DNA of 63,328 bases, filler included, from Octopus bimaculoides (lineage: Eukaryota): NCBI RefSeq assembly GCF_001194135.2. It is 8 parts of 8 records of this genome, joined end to end, with 100 filler letters (N's around TTAATTAATTAA, not from the genome) between each part and the next. Parts side by side here need not be neighbours in the genome. Positions count along the whole stretch, not along the records: positions 47,689 to 57,249 come from NC_068996.1; positions 57,350 to 60,470 come from NC_068982.1; positions 60,571 to 63,328 come from NC_068994.1; 5 more parts are not named here. One strand, given 5' to 3'. Below are positions 52,140 through 63,328 of this stretch, piece by piece. The translations under genes were made by a program, and so were the position numbers. The notes below the pieces were generated by a model, which saw nothing but the letters and a program-made list of their open reading frames with translations, was not told the DNA's origin and did not search any database. Position 1 is the first letter of the stretch, and every line of letters starts with the position of its first letter.

Positions 52140-52360
52140 CAAGGTAGTGAGCTGGCAGAATTGTTAGCAAACCAGGCAAAATCTATAGCAGCATTTCATC
52201 TGTTTTATGTTCCGAGTTCTAATTTTGCACAGGTTGACTTCACCTCTCATTCTTTTGGGGCCAATGAACTAAGTACCAGATAAGCACTAGGGTTGATGTA
52301 ATCAACTTACCCCCTCCCCTAAAATTGCTTGCCTTGTGCTAAAATTTGAAATTATGATTA
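52140..52360 (+). mobile_element. SINE family B, CpG-decayed
   Basis: Head gagctggcagaattgttagc, core and tail. Confidence 0.85.
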
Positions 52361-52996
52361 CATATCCAACAAATCCTGTTGCTCTCATTTCTCTCCAGTC
52401 TTGAAACATCCTCAATTAATACCCATATCTGATTACCATGTATGCAAGCTTTGTACTCCATGACTTTCAGATGGTGAGAAACATTATTCTCAACAAAAAC
52501 AACAGCTTCCTATGGTTCTTCTATTCCTTTCTTAGTTTCACTACTTTCCTTTGAGCTACTTCTTGCACTAATTAGATCAATGAGGTGACAAAAACTATTA
52601 GCTCCATTGAGTTGTTTAAGCAGTTCCTGGATTTTATTTCATAAGTGCCCTCATTGCTGAAATTCTCTTTTATACCTCTACACCTTGAGTCATTCTTTCA
52701 GAAACATCACAGTATCTTTTATAAAACATTCCAAAATTCACAGAGAGAGTAACTGATCTAATTGACTATATCAGTTAATCAAATTGGAAGACTTGTGCCT
52801 ATAAAGAAATCAACGTGAAGAAATTATAATGATTTCCCTCTTTCTCTAATAGTTTGTTGTAGTTATACCTTTTCTTTTCACAAGTTTTTCAATACAAGCA
52901 CTTAAAAAAATAATCCCTGAAGTTCCTAAGTTGCTTAAACCAAAATATAGTACCAAATGTAAATATCTGATTTGATATTAAAAGTAATTTTCAATA

Positions 52997-53231
52997 CAGT
53001 AATCCCTCGCCATATCATGGTTCACCTATTGCAGTCCACCTATCGCAGTTTATTATTTAAGCTTACATCAATTCTTCCATGGTGTTGTTTTGCATTTATA
53101 ATAAAATAAATATATACAAATTATAAAAATAATGAAAAAATATACAGTACAGCACTGTTTCTATTTCGTGGATTTTCACCTATTGCGGGGTGTTTTGGAA
53201 CATAACACCTGCGATAGTTGAGGGATTACTG
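52997..53231. mobile_element. Tc1/mariner (pogo/Tigger-type) MITE
   Basis: 12-bp perfect TIR CAGTAATCCCTC, TA flanks at 52995-96 and 53232-33, no ORF. Confidence 0.88.
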
Positions 53232-53389
53232 TACTTTAATATTTCTTATCATTTTCAATTTGATTAACCATTTTGATACCAATCTCACTGAAACTATCTA
53301 TGATTCTATTATATAAACTTTCCCCTTTTAAAGGTAATATAATTTAAAATTTTCATGTTAAATTCTGATTCAAACACCAGCTTAATAAT

Positions 53390-53602
53390 CCTTTCTATTA
53401 TAGACACAAAGCCCGAAGTATTGTGGAAGGGAAAAATCGATTACATCAAACCCAGTACTCAGCTGATACCTATTTATCGAACAGAAAAGGATGAAAGGCA
53501 AAGCCGACCTCTGCGGAATTTGAACTCAGAACGTACTGACGGACGAAATTCTGCTAAGCATTTTGCCCAGCATGCTAACGATTCTGCCAGCTCGCCGCTT
53601 AA
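53390..53602 (-). mobile_element. SINE family B
   Basis: Reverse complement of family B; flanked by cttaataat at 53381 and 53610 (possible TSD). Confidence 0.85.
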
Positions 53603-53604
53603 GA

Positions 53605-53795
53605 AACAACTTAATAATGAAAGTTATTTTACGAAATTCTTCTTTATTTTAAAACTTATTTGAAATCATTACATTTCAATAGGGATATATTAACAAATGT
53701 AATACGATAGATATATTTGGTGCCATCATAATGATTTCAAATAAGTTTTAAAATAAAGAAGAATTTCGTAAAATAGCTTTCATTATTAAGCTGTT
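53605..53795. repeat. 67-bp AT-rich inverted repeat (2 mismatches), 57-nt spacer
   Basis: 53605-53671 versus 53729-53795. Confidence 0.93.
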
Positions 53796-54422
53796 ATTTA
53801 AGCGATGAGCTGGTAGAATCGTTGCACTATTGTATGTTAAGTTATTTGCTAAGTGGAGTCTGATATTTTAATTAGTGACGAGAGGAAATGACTCAATTCA
53901 AACATCTTGCTTGTAATTTTGTGGTTAAAAAGAAAAACAAAATCGAAAATAACGTAGGCCCTAGAGGGGAATAAACAGTTGTTATTACCAAAATGTAATA
54001 CAAGTTAATCGAAAGAAACAGTCTTCAATAATGTCACGATGCTACAAATAACATTAGCAATGGTAAACGCAATTGCAGTCGAAGAGAAGGTGGCGAGTTT
54101 ATGTGAAGAATGGGATTCAATAATATAAGGGAGGTAATTCTCTTTATTAAAAGTTAATATCATTTTTATAAAGAAATTTAAATTAAAATATTTCATAAAG
54201 TTATATATTTACAATATAAATAATAATAATCATTAAATTGTATATTTTCTCCATCAATTCTGCATTTTCTCACTAGGTAAAAATTTTAATTAAACTGATG
54301 AAGTAGAGGTTACCTTTAAGCTTCGTAATAGATGAGTTTTATATAAACAATATGATTGAAAATAGCAGTTTTTACCGGCTCAGGAAGATTAGTATCATCG
54401 TCACCACCACTACTGCCGCCAT

Positions 54423-54494
<72 letters not shown>

Positions 54495-54519
54495 TATGTA
54501 TATACATACATACAAACAA

Positions 54520-54555
<36 letters not shown>

Positions 54556-55378
54556 GTATGTATGTATGTCCAAGAAAGTTAGGGGTTGTGACTCCAACCC
54601 ACTAAGAGATAATATCTATCCAATATACCGCCGAAAGAATACCCAATTATTATTACACTAGTGTTTTCTCTTTGTATTACCAAGTGCAATAAATGGTTGT
54701 GGGTAAAAAGATATTTTACCATTAATTTATATAGCAATAAGAAAATGGAGGGGAATATGTGGTATTCATCAACTTGCAGACATTGTATTATGTCAATTTA
54801 CCTGTTTATTTGTTTACTAAAAGGACAATAATAACAATATATAAACACATGCGACATATAACATCATATCAGTAATTAATATATATCATAATGATAATCA
54901 TTATTATTATCATTTAACATCCATTTTCCATGCTGGCATGGGCTGGACACGTTGACCAGAGCTGGCAAGCTAGAAGACTACACCAGATACCAGTCTGATC
55001 TTGTTTGGTTTCTACAGCTTGTAAGAACGACCGTGCGAACCCAAAAAGGAGAAATGGTGACGAATGGAAAAACAGGGCTCCTTTCTTAAACCCGTCACAC
55101 GGTCGAACACAAAAATATCAAATGATATATGTTATACTTCGATAACATAGTGAATTCGTAAATGCCAGTAAGGAAGACGATAGAACACAACCGATAAAGA
55201 TGAATAACAGTAATATTTATTGTAGCATTAAAATGTATATCTGTGTGTGAGTGTGAATGCGACATAATGAAAACACAATAAAAGACAGGCCGTCATGTAA
55301 AGAAGAGAGTGTATGTGAGTGTGAATGAGTGTAACACAGAGTTCGATAAGAGTCAGAAACACGTGTGAGAATTTATAC

Positions 55379-55770
55379 CAGTTCTTAGAGTACACAGTGG
55401 TAAGTGTCTGTATAAGAAGTTAAGGCGTGTGTGGCAGATCGATCACTAGTTGTGATGTTAGGGCTTCTATGCCAAGCCGGGCTGGATACAGATGTTCTTC
55501 GCAGGCTAGGTTCTTGTCTATTATTTATCGTGGTGAAGATGAATCACACAAACAGAATCGAAGAGAGAAGTGCCGCGGTAGTTTGGTTAGTTGTTGGTAG
55601 CTCGTGTACGTAGAAGTCATGTTGATGCTGTTGGGGACGATGCTGGTAGTCGTAGTGTCGTGTTGACGCTAGTAGTCGTAGTTGTACGAAGCTGTTGATG
55701 TCCCTGGAACTGCTGCTGCTGCTCTGTGTGGTACACGGAACAGGTCTCTAAGAGATCTGAACCGCGACGA
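55379..55770 (-). other. Candidate non-coding first exon / 5' UTR
   Basis: Unique CpG-rich, C/A-rich sequence downstream of the TATA; donor CTG|GTATAA is weak, so boundaries are uncertain. Confidence 0.35.
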
Positions 55771-55790
55771 TTTGGCGGGTATAATTTAGT

Positions 55791-55990
55791 CTATTTATAG
55801 CAAAATAGGGGCTCCAGAGAGCATCTGAAAAACACTCCATCACGTGACCTTATTAGGGGCCACGGTTGGTCAGTTTGCGTTCTGGCGGGAACGGTACGAG
55901 GCAGTTGCCGCTTCAAATAATAATCAGTCACGTGATGGATACAGTAGGCTGCTCTCTACTACGCCCGAACTTGAGTATATTTATAACAGC
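55791..55990 (-). promoter_or_regulatory. Candidate Pol II promoter: MEF2/TATA site, CArG box, inverted E-box pair
   Basis: CTATTTATAG 55791-55800 (TATAAATA on minus); CCTTATTAGG 55848-55857; CCATCACGTGAC 55837-55848 and GTCACGTGATGG 55927-55938; second TATAAATA at 55978-55985; locally CpG rich. Confidence 0.62.
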
Positions 55991-56029
55991 GAGAGAAGAT
56001 GGTTTGTTTGTATATAATGGCGATCGAGG

Positions 56030-56814
56030 TGTTAGTTTCACTACAAGCTAGATGCCCTCCTAAAGAGTGCTGGGTGCTTTTTGTGTGTCACCAGCACAGG
56101 TGCTTTGTATGTGGCATTGGCATGGGTGTTTTTTATGTGGCCCTGAATGGGTTCATTTTATGTAGTGTTGGGACAGGTACTTTTTACATTGCACCAGCAC
56201 AGGTGCTTCCTATGTGACACTGGCATGGGGTTCTTGCAAGGTGAAAACCCCTTCAGTTGGGAGGGGAGCATTAACAATTCTGCTGTGGTACACAAGTCTT
56301 CTTGTGTTCAGCAAGGTGCCAGATATCTTGGTTCTTTGTCATCTCGTAAGGCTCAGTATCTTGAGATCAGCCTTCAGTACTTCATCCCATGCCTTCCTAG
56401 GTTTCTCTCTTGTATAAATTCCACCCACTTTAAGTAATTGGCACTTCTTTATGCAAATGTCTACATCCATCCACATCAGATGACCAAATCAGAGCAGTCT
56501 TCTCTCTTGCATACTGCATCTAATTCTTCTTATGACTAACTTTTATCTCAAAACATTAGCACTCTGTCACACATACGCTGACATTGCACATCCAGCAGAG
56601 CATACAAGCTTCATTGTACTCTAGCTTTTGCATGTTTTCTGCATTCAGGGTTACCATGCAGAACTGCTGTTCATATACATGCATTATACAATCTTCTTTT
56701 CACTTGGGGAGAGAGACCTTTGTTTGCTAATAGAGGTAAAATTTTCTCCATCCCATTTTTATTCTAGCAATTACACTTTCTATACAGCCTCCCCCACAGT
56801 TAATTAGGTCATAT

Positions 56815-56815
<1 letters not shown>
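56030..56815 (-). mobile_element. RTE LINE RT C-terminus plus 3' UTR, degenerate
   Basis: CGGGCIESVIARIKMGWRKF..RRLYNAC..QERRLLWFGHLMWMD..KPRKAWDEVLKADL. Confidence 0.88.
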
Positions 56816-56819
<4 letters not shown>

Positions 56820-56853
<34 letters not shown>

Positions 56854-57090
56854 TGTTTTCCATGCTGGCATGAGTTGCATAGTTTGAAAGGAACTGACAA
56901 GGCGAGGAGCTGCACCAGGTTCCATCGTCTGTTTTGGCTTGGTTTTTACTGTTAGATGCACTTCCTAGTGATAACCACTTTACAGAGAGTACTGAATGCA
57001 TTTTATGTCACTCCATCACCAGTGCTTCTTACATGGCACCAGTGCATTTTATGTGGCACCTTGGTATTAGGATCTCAATTCTGTTGAGGT
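56820..57090 (-). mobile_element. RTE LINE 3' UTR copy, diverged
   Basis: (CAT)n then tttccatgctggcatgagttg..gatgcacttcctagtgataaccac. Confidence 0.78.
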
Positions 57091-57140
57091 GGGTGAGTCT
57101 TCTTGCATTACATACACACATACATACATATATTTATTTA

Positions 57141-57249
<109 letters not shown>

Positions 57250-57349
57250 NNNNNNNNNNNNNNNNNNNNNNNNNNNNNNNNNNNNNNNNNNNNTTAATTA
57301 ATTAANNNNNNNNNNNNNNNNNNNNNNNNNNNNNNNNNNNNNNNNNNNN

Positions 57350-57403
<54 letters not shown>

Positions 57404-57551
57404 TGTGTGTGCTGTTGATTAATAAGCAACTTTTGTTTTAATTCATGACAGCCAGGTCAATTGATGCAAGTATCATTGTAGTAGCTTTCAGATGAATATC
57501 CTAAGTTTTATCAGTTGTACGAATCCCCCACCCCATCACACACGGTGTTAT

Positions 57552-57593
<42 letters not shown>

Positions 57594-57733
57594 TCAAATA
57601 TTACCCTATAATGCACATATGGTTGTGATGCATGTGCCTGGTGTACCCTTATCAGACAGATAGTCATGATGGGTATACTGGGCTTTGTATATTTGTAGTT
57701 CAGTATCACTTTGATGGCATGCATGGCTCTCAC

Positions 57734-58140
<407 letters not shown>

Positions 58141-58214
58141 CAATTTGTTGTAGCCCGATGTTAGGATTTTTTCTTTTTCAACAGTCTAATCTGTTGTGTG
58201 TATATGAAAAAAAT

Positions 58215-58740
58215 AATAAGGTCACAGAAAATGAGAAAGCAACCACATGTGAGAAATGAGAACCAAATGAGAAAGCAACCATACATGGGATACAATACAT
58301 GCGGATAGAGAAATTAAGGCCAGTAGGCCGGATATAATTGGCAGAGATCACCAAGAAAAGCATGCTTTCTTATCGATGCATCAATATCAGCAGATGACAA
58401 CGTTTCTCTAAAGGAAATGGAGAAACTTTCAAAATACAAAGACCTGGAAATAGAGGTAACTCGAATGTGGAATCTAAAAACAGAAACAATTCCTATCATA
58501 GTAGGTGCCTTAGGTATAATAATAAAATATTCAGACAAATACATAACAAAAACACCAGGACTTACAAATATATATAACATACAGAAAATTGCACTACTGG
58601 GTACTGCACACATTCTACGCAAAACACTTTCAATACAGTAACCATAAGAGCACCACAGCAAACCACAGCACATACCCAAGGCACACAGAGCTGTTCTCAG
58701 TAGTGAAGTGAAAGCACGTGATAGAAATAAGACTACTGAA
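58215..58740 (+). mobile_element. R4/Dong-type RLE endonuclease remnant with 3' UTR (copy b)
   Basis: DREIKASRPDII..LIDASISADDNVSLKEMEKLSKYKDLEIEVTRMW..IPIIVGALG..IQKIALLGTAHILRKTL; (TGA)n(TAA)n tail. Confidence 0.9.
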
Positions 58741-58757
58741 TGATGATGATGATGATG

Positions 58758-58788
<31 letters not shown>

Positions 58789-58814
58789 TAATAATAATAA
58801 TAATAATAATAATA

Positions 58815-58940
58815 AGGATTATCAGGAGGGTTCTAAGCACTTGAATGACTGTTGAAAACTAATACCTAGGGTTACAGGTAGTAATCTGCTACCTACATAA
58901 ATCCTACCAGGAATAAGACCGAACTGGGGTCAAACCATAA
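58815..58940 (+). mobile_element. R4/Dong-type extreme 3' remnant (copy c)
   Basis: RIIRRVLST* directly after (TAA)n, followed by a UTR-like stretch and (GAT)n. Confidence 0.5.
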
Positions 58941-59399
58941 TGACGATGATGATGATGATGATTTAAAATTTTGGCGGCACGAAGTCAGTGATTTTGAGGT
59001 AAGGGGCTAAGTCGATTACAGCTTCTGCCGAATTTTGAACCATCGCACTCTAATTTCCCCAGTCCAGAACTACGACCTAGCCCATATTGCCATAAAAAAT
59101 AATCTATCACCATAAAACGCATTAACACTAAAGCAGATGTTAGACAATCAATGAGCGTTATCTGGCTGTTATGGTTGATGTAGCCAACTTTGAACGTAAT
59201 GTGTCTGTTTCCCACCAAATCCTTTAATCGAAAGTTCTGGAGACTTTTGTTTACCGTTATAAAAAACTGGTGACTTCCAACTCAAACTAAAGCTATCCAA
59301 CAGTCTATAGAGAGCTATGTCACCTTATACCGTGTCAGTTGGTCTCTTGTCCTCTTTTACTTGTTTTTACTTAACATGCTGATGTCGTATTCGACAAAA

Positions 59400-59765
59400 G
59401 ACTGCGGTCATGCTGGGGCACCGCCTTCAAGAATTTTTAGTCGAATGAATCGACTCCACTACTTGATTTTCTTTTAAGCGTTCCACTTATTCTATCTGTC
59501 TCCTTTGCTGAGTCACAAGGTTACGGAGGCGCAAACACACCAGCATCGGTTGTCAGGCAGTGATGGTTGACAAAGACACAACGATACACACACACATATG
59601 TATATATACAACGGGCTTCTTTCAGTTTTCGTCTACCAAATCCACTCACAAGGATTTGGTCGGCCCGAGGCTATAGTAGAAGACACTTGCCCAATGCGCC
59701 GCGCAGTGGGACTGAACCTGAAACCATGTGGTTGGAAAGCAAGCTTCTTACCACACAGCTACGCC
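59400..59765 (-). mobile_element. SINE family A, near complete
   Basis: Reverse complement of head, body and tail. Confidence 0.88.
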
Positions 59766-60439
59766 TGAGTCTATACATGTAAATATAAACTTGTGTAAAT
59801 AAAAATATATGAAAACCGAAATAAATATTAGTGTAGGTTATTCTTGTCGAAGCCTACCAGATATTTTGAACTACAAACGAAAAATTTGATTAATGATTAA
59901 CCGCCATGCTAAATTCCAAAGAGTTTCAAAGACTTTCTAAAGATCCAGTATTGAGAAGCAGTTCTTATGTACACACAAAGCCCATATTTAGTGTTTCTAA
60001 TGAAATCGGTCAAGGAAAATAGGCAATCGTTCTGGGAGTGAAATAAAAACTGGAGATATTTTATGATAAAGGTAATCACGATAAAAAATTGTAAATCAAC
60101 GTTTTGAGCTGTAAGAATTTCAGATTTCAGGGGTGAAAAACAAACACAAAACAACGAGAAAAAAACAAAACAAACTATAACACAAAATAAAACAAATATG
60201 AACAACAAAAAATAAACAAATATGTTGGTAAATATCAGGAAAACCAAATCGAATGAAATCTATACTGACATGGTTTTAATCTTGAAATTATTTGTTTGTC
60301 GTTTGAGGTTTTGCGCTCATTGAAATGAAGTTTGTATAACATGGGTTTTATCGCTTCAACAAGATCAACGTGACTTTGTTGACAACAAGCATAAGCAGAC
60401 ACACACATACATATGCACTTACACAAACACGCACATATG

Positions 60440-60470
<31 letters not shown>

Positions 60471-61699
60471 NNNNNNNNNNNNNNNNNNNNNNNNNNNNNN
60501 NNNNNNNNNNNNNNTTAATTAATTAANNNNNNNNNNNNNNNNNNNNNNNNNNNNNNNNNNNNNNNNNNNNATATATATATATATAAAAGATAATAAGAGT
60601 GAAAAAACTACAGAAGGCTTGTGTTACATGGTTAAAGTATATATTTAAATTATGTCAGAAAAATGTTAGAAAAATGTTAGAAAATCTTTTTGGTATATAA
60701 ACATTGCATTTTGAGAAATAACTGGTTTCGTGTTGTCTTTTCAAATTTCTCTACTTCATTGTGTCGTGTTCGCTCCAGTCTGAGAAAGAAATATATATAT
60801 GTATATATCATTGTGTTATCATCATTTAATGTCCTACTTCCTACTTCCACTTGGCTTGACGTCACTGCTTCTATGAGGCACAGTGCATGAAGGGTGCTTT
60901 TTACATACCACCGGAATGGGTGCCAATCAGACAGCACAGGCATCAACCACGTCTATGATTTCACTTGGTTTGACAAGTCCTCACAAGCACAGCGCATCGC
61001 CCAGCAATTGAAGGGTGCTTTTAACAGGCCAGTGAATGATACCAGCATCAGCCATGACTATGATCTCACTTGGCTTGACGGGTCTTCTCAAGCATATTGA
61101 CAAAGGTCTCAGTCACTTGTCATAATAAATCCTGGGGTCAATTTGCTCAACTAAAGGCAGTGCTTCAGCGTGGCCACAGTCAAATGACTGAAATAAGTAA
61201 AGAGTAAAGAGTATGATTCCACTTACCTCAGTTTCCAGTACATTCTGGAGGTAGTTTGATAACTATAAAATATAAAATACAAATATATATATTAATACAA
61301 ATGAAATAAAGGCAGCCAAGCAGGCAGAATCGTTGGCACACTTAGCCTTTCATCCTTTCAGGGTCGATTAAATAAGTACCAGTTACGCACTGGGGTCGAT
61401 GTAATCGACTTAATCCCTTTGTCTGTCCTTGTTTGTCCCCTCTGTGTGTAGCCCCTTGTGGGTAGTAAAGAAATAAGAAGTACATTATCTAATATATCCT
61501 TTATCTGAGATGGTGGGATCCAGAATTGTTAGCACGCTGGATGAAATGCTTAGCAACATTTAGTTCGTTTTTATGTTCTGTGATCAAATCAGGTTATAGT
61601 AGAAGACACTTGCCCAAGATGCCACTTCAATCCCAAAATACTTAGCAGCATTTTGTCTGTCTTTACATTCTGTGATCAAATCAGGTTATAGTAGAAGAC

Positions 61700-62080
61700 A
61701 CTTGCCCAAAGTACCACTTCAGTCCTACCGTGTGACACCTTGAACAAGTATCTTCTACTATAGCCTCCAGCCAACCCAAAGCCTTGTGAGTGCATTTGGT
61801 AGATGGAAACTGAAAGAAGCCTGTCATATATGTGTGTGTGTGTGTGTGTATCTATATGTGCATGTCTTTGTGCATGTGTTTTCCCTCCACTGTCACTCAA
61901 CAACCAATATTGGTGTGTTTACATCCCAGTAACTTAGTGGTTTGGCAAAAGAGAATGATAAAATAAGTACCAGACTTTAAAAATAAGTCCTGGGATCGAT
62001 TTGTTTGACTAAAACCCTTTGAGGTGGTATCTCAGCATGGCCACAGTCAAAAATGACTGAAACAAGTAAAAGATAAAAGA
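61700..62080 (+). mobile_element. SINE family A, CpG-decayed
   Basis: Body and tail on the plus strand. Confidence 0.85.
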
Positions 62081-62083
62081 CAT

Positions 62084-62480
62084 ATCTTTTACTCTTTTAC
62101 TTGTTTCAGTCATTTGACTGTGGCCATGCTGGAGTACCGCCTTTAGTTGAGCAAATCGACCCCAGGACTAATTCTTTGTAAGCCTAGTACTTATTCTAAC
62201 GGACTCTTTTGCCGAACCGCTAAATTATGGGGACGTAAACACACCAGCATCGGTTGTCAAGCGATGGTGGGGGGACAACACAGACACACAAACACACATA
62301 TATATATATATATACATATATACGACGGGCTTCTTTCAGTTTCCGTCTACCAAATCCACTCACAAGGCTTTAGTCGGCCCGAGGCTATAGTAGAAGACAC
62401 TTGCCCAAGGTGCCATGAAGTGGGACTGAACCCAGAACCATGTGGTTGGTAAGCAAGCTACTTACCACACAGCCACTCGC
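62084..62480 (-). mobile_element. SINE family A, near complete, CpG largely intact
   Basis: Tail-to-tail with the previous copy. Confidence 0.9.
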
Positions 62481-62789
62481 ATTAAATAAATGCGGCACAT
62501 CAGGCAAAATGTTTAGTGGCATTTCGTCTTGTCTTTACTTTCTGAGTTCAAATCCCACCAAGGTTGACTTTGCCTTTCATCTTTTCAGGGTCAATAAAAT
62601 AAGTACCAGTTGTGTACTGGGTTGATGTAATTGACTTAGCCTCTACCCCCAAACTTGCTGGCCCAGTACTAAAATTTGCAACCAATATAAATTCGAATGA
62701 ATGATAAAAGAACAGGAAAATATGCAATGAACATCATAAGCTTACATCATAAGCTTACACCAAGGCACTCAGGTCTGAGTGTTTGGGCA

Positions 62790-63135
62790 TTCCCTTATAG
62801 CTTCCTTGGAATTTTCAAAGAGAAGTGCAAGTTTATTTTGGATAGCATTTACATATATGATAAGGTGGGCTTTGAGGAGGCTAGGGGTAGATGAATGGCT
62901 TGTGATAGATGTACAGACTATGTACAGAGATGCTGTTAGTAAGGTGAGAGTTAACCACAAGTGCAGTAAAGAATTTGGTGTACAGGTAGGCACTCATCAA
63001 GCACAGTCCTCCTCCTTTTCATTGTTGTCCTCCAGACAATAACAGAGGAATTCAAGACTGGAAGCCCCTGGGAACTTCAATATGACCTTACCCTCATAGC
63101 AGATTCTATATCAAAGCTAGAAAAGAAATTCCGAT
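62790..63135 (+). mobile_element. RTE RT remnant
   Basis: IRWALRRLGVDEWLVIDVQTMYRDAVSKVRV..QVGTHQ..VLQTITEEFKTGSPWELQY-DLTLIADS (YADD partly deleted). Confidence 0.88.
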
Positions 63136-63328
63136 AGCACCTGTGCCCAGCATCGCCTTTCTGGCACTTGTGCCCGTGACATGTGTAAGGATTTTCGAGC
63201 AAGATCGTTGCCAGTGCCCCTGGACTGGCTCCTGTGCGGGTGGCACATACAATACACCATTTTGAGCGTGGCCGTTGCCAGTACCGCCTGACTGGCCTTC
63301 GTGCGGGTGACATGTAAAAGCACCCACT
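63136..63328 (+). mobile_element. RTE 3' UTR subrepeat region, truncated by the window end
   Basis: Reverse complement of 45400-45478 and 46735-46850. Confidence 0.8.

Noticed and set aside
59900-60022. Kozak-like ACCGCCATG opening a 38-codon ORF
   Set aside because: Short, no strong in-frame donor, no recognisable homology

Overview
Eukaryotic, AT-rich, gap-ridden genomic window. The SINE families and extreme microsatellite load point to an octopus or other coleoid cephalopod (recognition by eye, not a database result). Almost all long ORFs in the track are microsatellite or N-gap artefacts. The sequence is dominated by decayed mobile elements: three tRNA-derived SINE families, Tx1/L1-clade LINEs (including a nearly intact ORF1), RTE LINE pieces, R4/Dong-type RLE LINE pieces sitting in (TAA)n tracts, a CR1 tail, a deleted Gypsy provirus with PPT and 3' LTR, two Penelope GIY-YIG fragments tied to a near-perfect 250-bp inverted repeat, a pogo-type MITE, and a foldback element with a telomere-like core. 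Only one convincing host coding exon is visible (45691-45875, minus strand). About 10 kb upstream of it on the same strand is a CpG-rich candidate promoter with a perfect MEF2/TATA site, a perfect CArG box and an inverted pair of extended E-boxes. The gene's identity is unresolved; an NR4A-like N-terminus is only a weak hypothesis. No CRISPR, rRNA or genuine tRNA genes were seen. No new system can be claimed as established. The best leads are the promoter plus exon, the Penelope inverted structure with hammerhead-like motifs, the GGATC-ended foldback elements, the (TAA)n-associated R4 cluster and a sharp CpG-decay domain. SINE and decayed-LINE boundaries are approximate.
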